Below, piece after piece: positions 1-11,735 of a stretch of 64,000 nt of DNA. Source of the DNA: Camelus ferus (taxonomy: Eukaryota); the NCBI RefSeq assembly GCF_009834535.1, contig NC_045696.1:107696001-107760000 (forward strand). The letters run 5' to 3'. Numbering within the stretch: position 1 is the first letter of the stretch; each line of letters starts with the position of its first letter. A model generated the notes under the pieces. The model was not told the DNA's origin. It did not search any database and was given only the letters and a program-made list of their open reading frames with translations. The position numbers were made by a program, and so were the translations under genes.

Positions 1-39
1 GCCAATGTTAGCTTCTAAGTGACATCTACTAAAAGAACT

Positions 40-260
40 CTTATACAGAAATCACTGATTCTGGAGCAGGGCAAGGAAAATATAAGACGAGCCTGGTACA
101 TTATTCTTTGTCAAAAAATGGAAGTGCACAAGCAATTACTATGACATATCAAAAGGACTGAGGAACTAGCTTGAAGGAGCGCCCCTCTGGCCATATTAGG
201 AAGTTTGGAGCATCAAAATCAATAATAATATATTTCTGAAGAACCCATGAGTCTACTTTT
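40..260 (+). mobile_element. Old L1M (L1MC-like) 3'UTR fragment; host of the younger L1 insertions
   Basis: Resembles recalled L1MC 3'-end consensus. The same element appears to continue at about 7657-7710 and 9465-10070. Confidence 0.5.
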
Positions 261-549
261 TCTTGGTTGAATGATAAAATATATTAATTCACTAAACAAA
301 CATTTATGAAACACGATGTACCAAGCACAGATTTCAGTTATGAATAATAATATACGATTCTCAATCTCAAGAACACCTTGGATTGGAGAATGAATGGGGC
401 AGGGAGAAAAATGTAACAAACAAGTATGTGTGTTTGAAAACCTGATAGGGTGATAACATAATAAGAAAAATAAACTACTTCAGGAAAAATGTTTAAAACT
501 GAACAAACATTTTGAGACTAAATTGTACTTAAAAAAAAAAAATAGGAGA

Positions 550-1800
550 GGGGGAGACGGAGAAGATGGCGGAGTAGAAGGACGCTCGCAGGTCACCCTC
601 TCCCACAAATACACCAAGACCCACATCTACAGACCCACTCAGCCAACCAGAGCACCTGTGGAACTCCGACAGAACATCGCCCTCTTCAAAAGATAAAGAC
701 GCCAAAAATCTGGTAGGAGAAAAGGAAAAAAGAAAGAACAAAAGGCAAAGCAGCGCGGGACGGGTCCCGCGGGGAGGGAGCGGCAAAGGAGGACTGGCGC
801 TCGCTCGCTGGGTCTCCCCTCTCCAACTGAGAGGCCAGCGGGACGGAGGGGGAGCCTCCGAGGCTCGGATCTGTACAGAGCAGCCCTTGACTAACAGAAC
901 TAAGTTAAACGGGCACAGAGCGTCCCCCCGACACCCAGCCTGAGACGCGGGGCAGCAGCCGCGGGCAGGGCCAGGCTGCACAAGCCGGGCGGAGGACGGA
1001 AGTGGCTGCACGGAGGCAGTCCCGGGGGAACGCAAGGGGCTGCGCGCCATGGCTGTGAGTACACAGGGCAGAACAACCTGGGCCCTCCATAAAACAGCAA
1101 GGTTGATGTGCTCTCGGGGGAAGGGTGCACACCCCCATCTCTGAAAACCCGCGGAAAGTTTTCGGGGGAAGAGAGGCGGGGCTCAGGCACAGCCGCCATA
1201 TCCTCCTCGCTGAGCGCACAGGCGGGGGCGGGGGCGAAACCTGCATCCGCACCGAAGGGCTTAGCAGCCTCAAAGGCCAGACTGAGACTGGCCTGCAGCC
1301 CGGGGCAGATAGGATCCTTCCATCCTGGTCCCTCAGAGAACTTGCTCCACAAAGACAAACAAGGAGCTGGGTTTTGGCTCGGAGCAGGGACAGGGCTGTC
1401 CCTCGGTCTTCCCCGAGCCCACCCGCGGAGCGCCGACCAGGGCGGAGCGCGCAGCCGCACAGAGCAGCGGAGCTACCGGTGGCGCAGGTAGAGGGAGAGC
1501 GGCCCCCCCGCCTTTCGGGCAGGAACACAGCCCCTGACCGAGCTGCTGGGAGGGGGCACGACCCGCCCTCCTACCCGGCCAGTCTGCAACATCTGACTGC
1601 GGCATCCGGAGGGGCAGCGACCCGCCCGCCCACAGCAGAGGAGAGCTGCACCTGACCCAGTGTTAGGAGGAGGCGTGATCTGCTTGCCGACAGGTGCTGG
1701 GAGCAGCACAGAAGAGGGCGCCAACGGAGGGCCTCTGAAAACAGCAAGCTGAGCTTCCAAAACAGGACGAAGACAGAAAGACTTCACATTAAAAGCACAC
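550..1800 (+). promoter_or_regulatory. L1 internal promoter / CpG-rich 5'UTR with YY1 site
   Basis: AAGATGGCGG (YY1 motif) at 563-572, just inside the 5' end as in other mammalian L1s. Dense undecayed CpGs to about 1750, then a pyrimidine-rich tract at about 1825-2135. Confidence 0.8.
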
Positions 1801-2225
1801 AGACTCCAGGAGAACACCGACAAAACCCCCCCCCCTTTTTTTTAAATCATTTTTACCTGTTCTACTTTCTATTACTCTCTTAATCTTTACTTCTTAATTC
1901 ATTTCTATTTCTCTTGGGTTTTGATGTCCTGCTATTGATTAGACACAGGTTTCAAATATATCTATTCATCTCTCCCCCCCTTTTTTGTAAAGGTTTTAAA
2001 AGGACGTCTCAACCCAATTAATACTCTGCTTCAACTCACTCTTCTATTATTCATTATACACTGTTTTCAAACCCTCTTTCTCCCTTCTTTTAAAATTCTT
2101 TCTCTCTCTCTCATTTTTTTTTCTTTTTTTCCTAAGTTCTATTCCTAAATAGGCATCAGATAGATAAAATCCTTAAGGACCAAAATAAACAACTGATACT
2201 CCATAAACCACAGTGCCAAAGAGGT

Positions 2226-3131
2226 ATGAGCAAGATGAAGAAGCAGAAAAACCTTTCCCAATTAAAAGAACAAGAAAAATCTCCTGAAAGAAAGATCAAC
2301 GAAATAGACATCGATGGCCTACTAGATCAAGATTTCAAAAAAGGAGTGATCAAATTGCTGAAGGAATTAAAAGACATAGTGTTTAGAGATATAAAATATG
2401 TCAAAAATGAAACTGAAGCTATAAAGAAGAGCCAAGTAGAATGGGTAATAAACTCATTGACAGAGATGAGGAATGATCTAATAGCTGTGCAAAGCCGACT
2501 AGATAATGCAGAGGAACGAATTAGTGATCTAGAAGACAGGGCAATAGAAAGCACCCATTCAGAAGAACTACAAGATAAGCAAATAAAAAATAATGAAAAT
2601 AGCATAAGGGACCTATGGGATAATATAAAGCGTCCCAATCTTCGCATAATAGGGGTCCCAGAAGGAGAAGAAAGATCAAAGGGGATTGAAAAGGTTTTTG
2701 AAGAAATCATGACTGAAAACTTCCCAAACTTAAACAAGGAATCAGATATCCAAGTACAGGAAGCTCAGAGGGTCCCAAACAGGAAGAACCCAAATAGACC
2801 CACACCAAGACATATCATAATCAAGATGGCCAGAGTCAAGGATAAAGAAATAATTCTAAAGGCAGCAAGAGAAAAGCAAAGAGTAAGTTACAAGGGAACC
2901 CCCATAAGGCTCTCAGCTGATTTCTCTACACAAACACTACAGGCCAGAAGGCAGTGGCAAGATATATTCAAAGCCCTGAATGAAAAAAAGATGCAGCCTA
3001 GGATCCTTTATCCAGCAAGGCTACCCTTGAGGATAGAAGGAGAAATAAAGAGTTTCACAGACAAAAAAAAGCTGCAGGAGTTTAGCAACACTAAACCCAT
3101 GCTAAAAGAAATATTGAAAGGGCTATTCTAA
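2226..3131 (+). CDS. LINE-1 ORF1p (coiled-coil/RRM/CTD RNA-binding chaperone), 301 aa
   Basis: Motifs KRPNLRIIGVPE, PRHIIIK, AREK, LSADFS..TLQARR and ILYPARL. Confidence 0.95.
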   Translation: MSKMKKQKNLSQLKEQEKSPERKINEIDIDGLLDQDFKKGVIKLLKELKDIVFRDIKYVKNETEAIKKSQVEWVINSLTEMRNDLIAVQSRLDNAEERISDLEDRAIESTHSEELQDKQIKNNENSIRDLWDNIKRPNLRIIGVPEGEERSKGIEKVFEEIMTENFPNLNKESDIQVQEAQRVPNRKNPNRPTPRHIIIKMARVKDKEIILKAAREKQRVSYKGTPIRLSADFSTQTLQARRQWQDIFKALNEKKMQPRILYPARLPLRIEGEIKSFTDKKKLQEFSNTKPMLKEILKGLF

Positions 3132-3534
3132 ATAGAAAAGCAGCAGGATGCTACAGAAATGAGAAACGCACAACTGGAAAGGTGATAACTCATGATTACA
3201 AATAAAGTAAACATGAAATTATAAAAGAAGACATACAAATCACTGAGAGTGGGAGAGGGAGGCAGGGAAATATAGAATATTTTTTTCTTTCTTTTTTAAA
3301 TTTTTTTAACAGTAGGATGGGTTTGAGATCATGTTACTATCAGTTTAATAAAAACAGTTATAGTAATGGGTTGATAGATTTACAAAAAAGGGTAACCACA
3401 AGCCAAAAATTTACAAAGGAGTCACAAAAATTAAATAAAATCCATGATAATACAAAGGAAAATTACCAAACCACAAAAGGAAGAAGAAAGGAACAAAGAG
3501 GATATACCAATTCAACTGCAAAGATAAGTTCAAA

Positions 3535-6500
3535 ATGGCAATAAACACACATCTATCATTAATTACTGTAAATGTTAATGGACTAAATGCTCCAGTCAAA
3601 AGACACAGAGTGGCAGACTGGATAATAAAGCAAGAACCTTCAATATGCTGCATACAAGAGACCCACTTTAGGGAGAAGGACACATATAGATTGAGAGTGA
3701 AAGGATGGAAAAGGATATTCCATGCAAATGGAAAAGCCAAAAAAGCAGGTGTTGCAGTACTGATTTCACACAAAATAGACTTTAAAACAAAGGCCATAAA
3801 GAAAGATAAAGAAGGACATTTTATAATGATTAAAGGAGTGATACAAGATGAGGATATTACACTCGTTAATATATATGCACCCAATATAGGAGCACCTAAG
3901 TACATACAAGAATTACTAACAGAGATAAAGGGGGATATTGATGGGAATACAATCATAGTTGGAGATTTTAACACTGCATTAACATCACTAGACAGATCTT
4001 CCAGACAGAAAATAAACAAGGCAACAGAGAAATTAAATACTACAATAGAAAAACTAGATTTGGTGGATATTTTCAGAGCATTACACCCCCAAAAAATAGG
4101 ATATACATTCTTTTCAAGTGCACATGGAACATTTTCCAGGATCGATCATGTACTTGGGCACAAAAGAAACCTCAACAATTTTAAGAAGATAGAAATTATC
4201 TCAAGCATCTTTACTGACCACAATGCCATGAAACTGGAAATCAACAACAGAGAAACAAAGGAGAAAAAAAGGAAAGCATGGAGATTAAACAATATGTTAT
4301 TGAAAAAACAATGGATCAATGAGGAAATCAAAGCTGAAATTAAAAAATACCTAGAGACAAATGATAATGAAAGCACAACCACTCAAAACCTATGGGACAC
4401 AGCAAAGGCAGTGCTAAGAGGGAAGTTTATAGCGATACAGGCCTTCCTCAAAAAAGAAGAACAATCTCAAATAAACAATTTAACCCACCACCTGAATGAA
4501 TTAGAAAAAGAAGAACAAAAAGCCCCAAAAAGCAGCAGAAGGAAGGAAATAATAAAGATCAGAGGGGAATTAAATACAATAGAGATTAACAAGACCATAG
4601 AAAAAATCAACCAAACCAAAAGCTGTTTTTTTGAAAAAGTAAATAAAATCGACAAACCTCTGGCCAAACTCACAAAGAAGAAAAAAGAGAGAGCACAAAT
4701 TAGCAAAATTAGAAAGGAAAATGGAGAAATTACAACAAACAAAATAGAAATACAGAATATCATACGAGAATATTATGAAAAACTATATGGAACCAAACTG
4801 GATAACCTAGAGGAGATGGACAAGTTTCTGGAAACATACTGTCCACCAAAACTGAATCAAGAAGAATCTGAACACTTGAACAATCCGATCACTAGAAAGG
4901 AAATAGAAATAGCAATTAAAAGCCTCCCTACAAATAAAAGTCCAGGACCGGACGGCTTCACCGGGGAATTCTACCAAACATACAAAGAAGAACTCATACC
5001 AGTCCTTCTCAAACTCTTCCAGACGATTGAAAAGGAGGGAATACTCCCAAACTCATTCTATGAAGCCACCATCACCCTGATACCAAAACCAGGCAAAGAC
5101 ACTACAAAAAAAGAGAATTATAGGCCAATATCACTGATGAACATAGACACCAAAATCCTCACCAAAATTTTAGCAAATAGAATCCAACAACACATAAAAA
5201 AGATTATACATCATGACCAAGTGGGGTTCATCCCAGGGACACAAGGCTGGTTCAACATACGCAAATCAATCAGTGTAATACATCACATCAACAAGAGAAA
5301 GGATAAAAACCACATGATCATCTCAATCGATGCAGAAAAAGCATTTGATAAAATTCAACACCAATTTATGATAAAAACTCTCGCCAAAGTGGGTATAGAG
5401 GGAACATATCTCAACATAATAAAAGCTATATATGACAAACCTACAGCCAGCATAGTACTCAACGGTGAAAAACTCAAAAGCTTCCCACTAAAATCTGGGA
5501 CAAGACAAGGATGCCCACTATCACCACTCCTATTCAACATAGTCCTGGAAGTCCTAGCCACAGCAGTCAGGCAAGAGAAAGAAATAAAAGGGATCCAAAT
5601 TGGAAAAGAAGAGGTAAAAGTGTCATTATATGCTGATGACATGTTACTATATATAGAAAACCCTAAAAGGTCCACACAAAAGCTACTAGAGCTGATTGAA
5701 GAATTCAGCAAGGTAGCAGGTTACAAAATTAACGTTCAAAAATCAGTTGCATTTCTTTACACTAACGATAAATCAACAGAAGAAGAAAGTAAAGAAACAA
5801 TCCCCTTTAAAATAGCACCCAAAGTAATAAAATATCTGGGAATAAATCTAACCAAGGAGGTGAAAGAATTATACACAGAAAACTATAAACCATTGATGAA
5901 GGAAATTAAAGAAGACTTTAAAAAATGGAAAGATATTCCATGCTCTTGGATTGGAAGAATCAATATTGTTAAAATGGTCACACTGCCCAAGGCAATCTAC
6001 AGATTTAATGCAATCCCTATCCAATTACCAAGGACATATTTCACAGAACTAGAAAAAATCATAATAAAATTCATATGGAACCATCAAAGACCTAGAATTG
6101 CCAAAGCATTACTGAAGAGAAAGAAAGAGGCTGGAGGAATAACTCTCCCAGACTTCAGACAATACTATAGAGCTACAGTCATCAAGACAGCATGGTATTG
6201 GTACCAAAACAGACATATAGACCAATGGAACAGAATAGAGAGCCCAGAAATGAACCCACAAACTTTTGGTCAACTCATCTTTGACAAAGGAGGCAAGAAT
6301 ATACATTGGAATGAAGACAGTCTCTTCAGCAAATGGTGTTGGGAAAACTGGACAGCAGCACGTAAAACAATGAAGCTAGAACACTCCCTTACACCATATA
6401 CAAAAATCAACTCAAAATGGATTAAAGACTTAAACATAAGACAAGATACAATAAACCTCCTAGAGGAAAACATAGGCAAAACATTATCTGACATACATCT

Positions 6501-7332
6501 CAAAAATTTTCTCCTAGAAGAAATAAAAGCAAGAATAAACAAATGGGACCTAATGAAACTTACAAGCTTCTGCACAGCAAAGGAAACCAGAAGTAAAACA
6601 AGAAGAAAACCTACGGAATGGGAGAAAATTTTTGCAAGTGAAACCGACAAAGGCTTGATCTCCAGAATATATAAGCAACTCATACGACTCAATAAGAAAA
6701 AAATAAACAATCCTATCCAAAAATGGGCAGAAGACCTAAACAAGCAATTCTCCAAGGAAGACATACAAATGATCAAAAAGCACATGAAAAAATGCTCAAT
6801 ATCACTAATTATCAGAGAAATGCAAATCAAAACTACAATGAGGTATCACCTCACACCAGTCAGAATGGCCGTCATTCAAAAATCCACAAATGACAAATGC
6901 TGGAGAGGCTGTGGAGAAAGGGGAACCCTCCTACACTGCTGGTGGGAATGCAGTTTGGTGCAGCCACTATGGAAAACAGTGTGGAGATTCCTCAAAAGAC
7001 TAGGAATAGACTTACCATATGACCCAGGAATCCCACTCCTGGGCTTGTATCCAGAAGGAAATCTACTTCAGGATGACACCTGCACCCCAATGTTCATAGC
7101 AGCACTATTTACAATAGCCAAAACACGGAAACAGCCTAAATGTCCATCAACAGGGGACTGGATAAAGAAGATGTGGTATATTTATACAATGGAATACTAC
7201 TCAGCCATAAAAACCGACAACATAATGCCATTTGCAGCAACATGGATGCTCCTGGAGAATGTCATTCTAAGTGAAGTAAGCCAGAAAGAGAAAGAAAAAT
7301 ACCATATGAGATCGCTCATATGTGGAATCTAA
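3535..7332 (+). CDS. LINE-1 ORF2p (APE endonuclease, reverse transcriptase, CCHC domain), 1265 aa
   Basis: EN motifs NVNGL, IQETH, YAPN, GDFN, SRIDH and TDH. PIP-like [10 protein letters not shown] motifs QGCPLSP and YADD. C-terminal [18 protein letters not shown]. No stops. Confidence 0.97.
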   Translation: MAINTHLSLITVNVNGLNAPVKRHRVADWIIKQEPSICCIQETHFREKDTYRLRVKGWKRIFHANGKAKKAGVAVLISHKIDFKTKAIKKDKEGHFIMIKGVIQDEDITLVNIYAPNIGAPKYIQELLTEIKGDIDGNTIIVGDFNTALTSLDRSSRQKINKATEKLNTTIEKLDLVDIFRALHPQKIGYTFFSSAHGTFSRIDHVLGHKRNLNNFKKIEIISSIFTDHNAMKLEINNRETKEKKRKAWRLNNMLLKKQWINEEIKAEIKKYLETNDNESTTTQNLWDTAKAVLRGKFIAIQAFLKKEEQSQINNLTHHLNELEKEEQKAPKSSRRKEIIKIRGELNTIEINKTIEKINQTKSCFFEKVNKIDKPLAKLTKKKKERAQISKIRKENGEITTNKIEIQNIIREYYEKLYGTKLDNLEEMDKFLETYCPPKLNQEESEHLNNPITRKEIEIAIKSLPTNKSPGPDGFTGEFYQTYKEELIPVLLKLFQTIEKEGILPNSFYEATITLIPKPGKDTTKKENYRPISLMNIDTKILTKILANRIQQHIKKIIHHDQVGFIPGTQGWFNIRKSISVIHHINKRKDKNHMIISIDAEKAFDKIQHQFMIKTLAKVGIEGTYLNIIKAIYDKPTASIVLNGEKLKSFPLKSGTRQGCPLSPLLFNIVLEVLATAVRQEKEIKGIQIGKEEVKVSLYADDMLLYIENPKRSTQKLLELIEEFSKVAGYKINVQKSVAFLYTNDKSTEEESKETIPFKIAPKVIKYLGINLTKEVKELYTENYKPLMKEIKEDFKKWKDIPCSWIGRINIVKMVTLPKAIYRFNAIPIQLPRTYFTELEKIIIKFIWNHQRPRIAKALLKRKKEAGGITLPDFRQYYRATVIKTAWYWYQNRHIDQWNRIESPEMNPQTFGQLIFDKGGKNIHWNEDSLFSKWCWENWTAARKTMKLEHSLTPYTKINSKWIKDLNIRQDTINLLEENIGKTLSDIHLKNFLLEEIKARINKWDLMKLTSFCTAKETRSKTRRKPTEWEKIFASETDKGLISRIYKQLIRLNKKKINNPIQKWAEDLNKQFSKEDIQMIKKHMKKCSISLIIREMQIKTTMRYHLTPVRMAVIQKSTNDKCWRGCGERGTLLHCWWECSLVQPLWKTVWRFLKRLGIDLPYDPGIPLLGLYPEGNLLQDDTCTPMFIAALFTIAKTRKQPKCPSTGDWIKKMWYIYTMEYYSAIKTDNIMPFAATWMLLENVILSEVSQKEKEKYHMRSLICGI

Positions 7333-7715
7333 AAAACAAAAACAAAAACAAACAAACAAAAACAAAGCGTAAAGGACAGAAATAGACTCACAGACAGAGA
7401 ATACAGACTTGTGGTTACCAGGGGGGTGGAGGGTGGGAAGGGATAGACTGGGATTTCAAAATTATAGAATAGACTACACTGTATAGCACAGGGAAATATA
7501 CAAAAAAGGTTATGATAACTCACAGAGAAAAAAATGTGACAATGAGTGTGTATATGTCCATGAATAACTGAAAAATTGTGCTGAACACTGGAATTTGACA
7601 CAACATTGTAAAATGATTATAAATCAATAAAAAATGTTCAAAAAAAAAATAGGAGAAGAGAAAGCTCTTCCTTCCAGTAGAGCACCAAGTAATTAAATGC
7701 AAATATGTTAGGGTT

Positions 7716-9445
7716 AGATTGGAAGAATTAATATTGTTAAAATGGCCATATTACCCAAAGCAATCTACAGATTTAATGAGATCCCTATCAAATTATCCAG
7801 GACATTTTTCACAGAATTAGAGCAAATATTCCTCAAATTTATATGGAATCACACAAGACCCAGAACTGTTAAAGCATTATTGAAGAAAAAGAATGAAGCT
7901 GGAGGAGTAACCCTCCCAGATTTCAGATAATACTACAGAGCAGCTACAGTCATCAAAACAGCATGGTATTGGTACAAAAACACGACATATGGATCAATGC
8001 AACAGAATAGAGAGCCCAGAAATAAACCCACAAACTTTTGTCAAATTGATCTTTGACAAAGGAGGCAACAACATACAATGGAGTAAAGACAGTCTCTTCA
8101 GCAAATGGTGTTGGGAAAACTGGACAGCTGCATATAAATCAATGAAATTAGAATACTCCCGCACTCCATACACAAAAATAAACAAAATGGCTTAAAGACG
8201 TAAACATACAACAAGACACTGTAAACCTCCTAGAAGAAAACATAGGCAAAATATTATCTCACATACATTTCAGAAATGTTCTCCTAGGGCAGTCTACCCA
8301 AGCAATAGAAATAAAAGCAAAAATAAACAAATAGAACCTAATTAAACTTACAAGCTTTTACATAGCAAAGGAAATCATAAGCAAAACAAAACAACAACCT
8401 ATGGAATAGGAGAAAATATTTGCAAAAGATGAGACTTACAGGGGCTTAATTTCCAGAATATATAAACAGCTCATACAACTTAAGAAAAAAAAAAAAAACA
8501 CCCAATCCAAAAATGGGCAGAAGGCCTAAACAAGCAATTTCAACGAAGATACACAAATGGCCAACAGGCACATGAAAAAATGCTCAGTATCACCAATTAT
8601 CAGAGAACTACAACAAAACTACAATGAGGTATCACCCACACTAGTCAGAATGGCCATCATTCAAAAGTCTACAAACAATATATGCTGGAGAGGGTGTGGA
8701 GAAAAGGGAACCCTCCTATATTGTTGGTGGGAATGTAGTTTGACGCAGCCATTATGGAAAACAGTATGAAGGTTCCTTGAAAGACTAAAAATAGGCCTAC
8801 CATATGATCCAGCAATCCCACTCCCAGACATATATCCAGAGGGAATCTTAATTCAAAAACATACCTGCACCCCAGTGTTCACAGCAGCACTATTTACAAT
8901 AGCCAAGACAGAGAAACAACCTAAATGCCCTTTGACAGATGACTGGATAAAGAAGTTGCGGTATATTTATACAATGGAATACTACCCAGCCATAAAAAAT
9001 AATAAAATAATGCCATCTGCAGCAACATGGATGAACCTGAAGGTTGTCATTCTAAGTGCAGTAAGCCAAAAAGAGAAAGAAAAATATCATATGATATCAC
9101 TTATATGTGGAATCTTAAAAAAAAGACAAACAAACTTATTTATAAAACAGAAACAGACTCACAGACATAGAGAATAAACTATGGTTACCAGGGAGGAAGA
9201 GGGTAGGAAAGGATAAATTGGGATTCAAGATTTGCAGACACTACTACTATATATAAAATAAACAAGTTCATACTGTATAGCACAGGGAACTATAATCAAT
9301 TATCTTGTAGCAACTTATGGTTAAAAAGACTATGAAAATGAATATATGTATGTTCCTATATGACTGAAGTATTGTGCTGTACACCAGAAACTGACATAAC
9401 ATTGTCAACCAACTATATACTTCAATAAAAATATATTTTAAAAAA
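7716..9445 (+). mobile_element. 5'-truncated L1 (3' third of ORF2 plus 3'UTR), related older subfamily, disrupted
   Basis: Clearly homologous to 5947-7640 but with stops and frameshifts. AATAAA near 9424. Confidence 0.92.
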
Positions 9446-9464
9446 TAATGATAATGATAAGGTT

Positions 9465-10070
9465 AGAAATATAATATTTTACAACCAACATAGAATAGTT
9501 GATTGAGGCAAGAATCACCAATGGATACTAAAAGTACTGGATGAAAGTGTGTTGACAGGCCTAAAGAATGCCCCCTAGATTACTTATCAAGCACAAAGAG
9601 AAAATTACAAATGCTGTAACGTTTGCTGCCACCATCTTAAACCAAGGGATCAGAGTCAATTTTATCAATAATAGGAAAAACTAACATGTGCTTCCTAATG
9701 TGATACGAGGGAAGAACAGTCTTGTGTATTACACTAACCTGGATCTAAATACCCATAAACAATCAGAAAACCCAAGCTGAGGGACAATCTACAAAATAAT
9801 TGCTCAACACTCTTCAAAAATGTCAAAGTCGTGAAAGGCTATGTAAGACAATGAGCCTTGTTTCAAAGGCAATAAACATTGACATTTTGGGGGACAACAG
9901 GTCATGATTCTGTAACTTAAGTGGGTCAATATAAATAATAATGATATATTTATGTAAGAGATGAAATGTAGAAAGTGTTAAGAACTGGAGAGTCTAGGTG
10001 AAGGCATACAACTCCTGCAACATTTTTGAAAGTTTAAAATTTTCCAAAATAAACATTTTAAAATGTAAGA
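9465..10070 (+). mobile_element. Old L1M (L1MC-like) 3' fragment
   Basis: Resembles recalled L1MC 3'-end consensus (gattgaggcaagaatcaccaatggatactaaaag). Confidence 0.5.
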
Positions 10071-10448
10071 ACACATTTCTGGAAAGAAGTTGGTACAGGG
10101 TCCTATGCCTTCCCCTGAGCGTCTGTTCTGGCAGAGACACGCAACACCAAACTTCTCCTTTAATCCTCAACAATTCCTGGAGGAATTCAAGGACAAGGCA
10201 CAGTATTTAAATACTATACCATTTTGAAGTAAGAAAATTGAAGCCTAAGCAGATAGGTACTTTGCTCTAAAAGCTCATTTTACCTTTAGAGAAAAAAATT
10301 AACTCCTGGGGAAAGAAAGGAAAATAATACACAGAGATGTCAAATAGGGGTCAGCTCTAGGTGACGATATGTGGTATTTACTTTCCAGTTTTGATTTTTC
10401 AGGTTTCTACCACAAAGAAATTATTCTCAAAAAATGCCAGTTAAGATT

Positions 10449-10506
10449 TTTAATAAACCAAATAATTTTACAGTAAGGCGCAAATGAAATCTTCCCAGAA
10501 TTTAAT
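10449..10506 (-). terminator. PCCB: PCCB polyadenylation signals (two ATTAAA)
   Basis: ATTAAA on the minus strand at 10501-10506 and 10449-10454, about 125-180 nt after the stop. Confidence 0.65.
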
Positions 10507-10629
10507 AAACTTAGCCATTCCAAGTTTTACTGGTATTTAGGTTCCCAGATATCATGATTGCAAAAAGGCAGGGATGGATGCGAACAGCCAGGCAGTGACT
10601 AGCTCCCGGTTAATTTTTCCCTGATTCAT

Positions 10630-10818
<189 letters not shown>

Positions 10819-11004
10819 TCAGCCTGGGCCAGCAGTGTGAGCCAGGCCCAGCTGGATAGGAGAAGGGCTGATCCCAGGAGCCCCCCGTTCCTCTGGCAGG
10901 TCCCAAACTTCTGGCCTAGGAACACTCGGCAAGAAAAGGAAAATCCGACCCCCTCCCTACCAAGATGAATTCAATAGAAAACAAAGAAAATGCGCTTTTC
11001 TTTT

Positions 11005-11515
11005 TAAAACATCACCACAATTCCTCCCATCCTGTACGGAAGCCCCTCTTGCAATGTTACTCTGCCACTCCTCCCACCAAGCAGCGGACTGTGTTTCTTC
11101 ACCCGGCCTTGCTTTGGCCAACGGAATGTGGCAAGAGTAACACTACAGCTTCCAAACCCAGGTCTCAAGCCGCCTTGCAGCCTCCCCTCTCGCCCTCTTG
11201 CCGTCCTCGGGACACCCCGTAAAGCAGCGTGGACTAGCCTCCCTGAGAGTAAGAAACCCTGCAGACACAGTCTAGCTGACAGCCAGCACCAACCAGGTGA
11301 GCGAGGCCATCCTGCACTCTCCGCCCCAGTCAGGCTGCTGGTTGCCTGACGGACCCCAGGCAGGACCAGCAGAAGAACCACCCAGCTCAGCCTAGACCGA
11401 ATCACTGACCCTCAGAACTATGAGGAAAAAGGGAAAAAAAAAAAAGAGGGGGAAGTGGGGTGTTTCAGCCGCTTTGTTCTGAGTTGATTTTTCACAGTAC
11501 TGGGTGACTGGAACA
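11005..11515 (+). mobile_element. MaLR LTR (MLT1-like), degenerate
   Basis: Resembles MLT1 consensus motifs (tgctttggccaacggaatgtggc; accagcagaagaaccacccagct). Confidence 0.6.
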
Positions 11516-11735
11516 ACACTAGGAACTGAAGCCACTTCGGCCCTGTTGTTCTAATCCTGGTTACAAAGCAGCCCACACAGGCCCGCTGCCCCCAAGCGAC
11601 GGCTGCCCAGGGATCAGCCAACCCTCCCTAGTTTCCAGATGCAACTGGAAGGGCACAGGCAGACTTCCTGGAGTAAAATAAGCAGCAAATGACCCAACAA
11701 CTGAGCGAAGCTGCCCTCCCCGCCACGGGCCCGAC

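Larger units (their letters stand above)
550..7640 (+). mobile_element. Full-length LINE-1 retrotransposon with intact ORFs
   Basis: TSD (A)n-TAGGAGA at 531-549 and 7640-7656, with TT/AAAA endonuclease site at 529-534. GC-rich 5'UTR, ORF1, ORF2, 3'UTR G-tract and AATAAA at 7626-7631. Confidence 0.97.

Noticed and set aside
900..1823. Several other long ORFs on both strands of the L1 5'UTR
   Set aside because: Most begin at non-ATG codons, have low-complexity Pro/Ala/Arg/Gly composition, and are expected by chance in GC-rich DNA.
2327..6830. Minus-strand ORFs antisense to L1 ORF1/ORF2
   Set aside because: Common shadow ORFs of A-rich L1 coding sequence, with no independent evidence.
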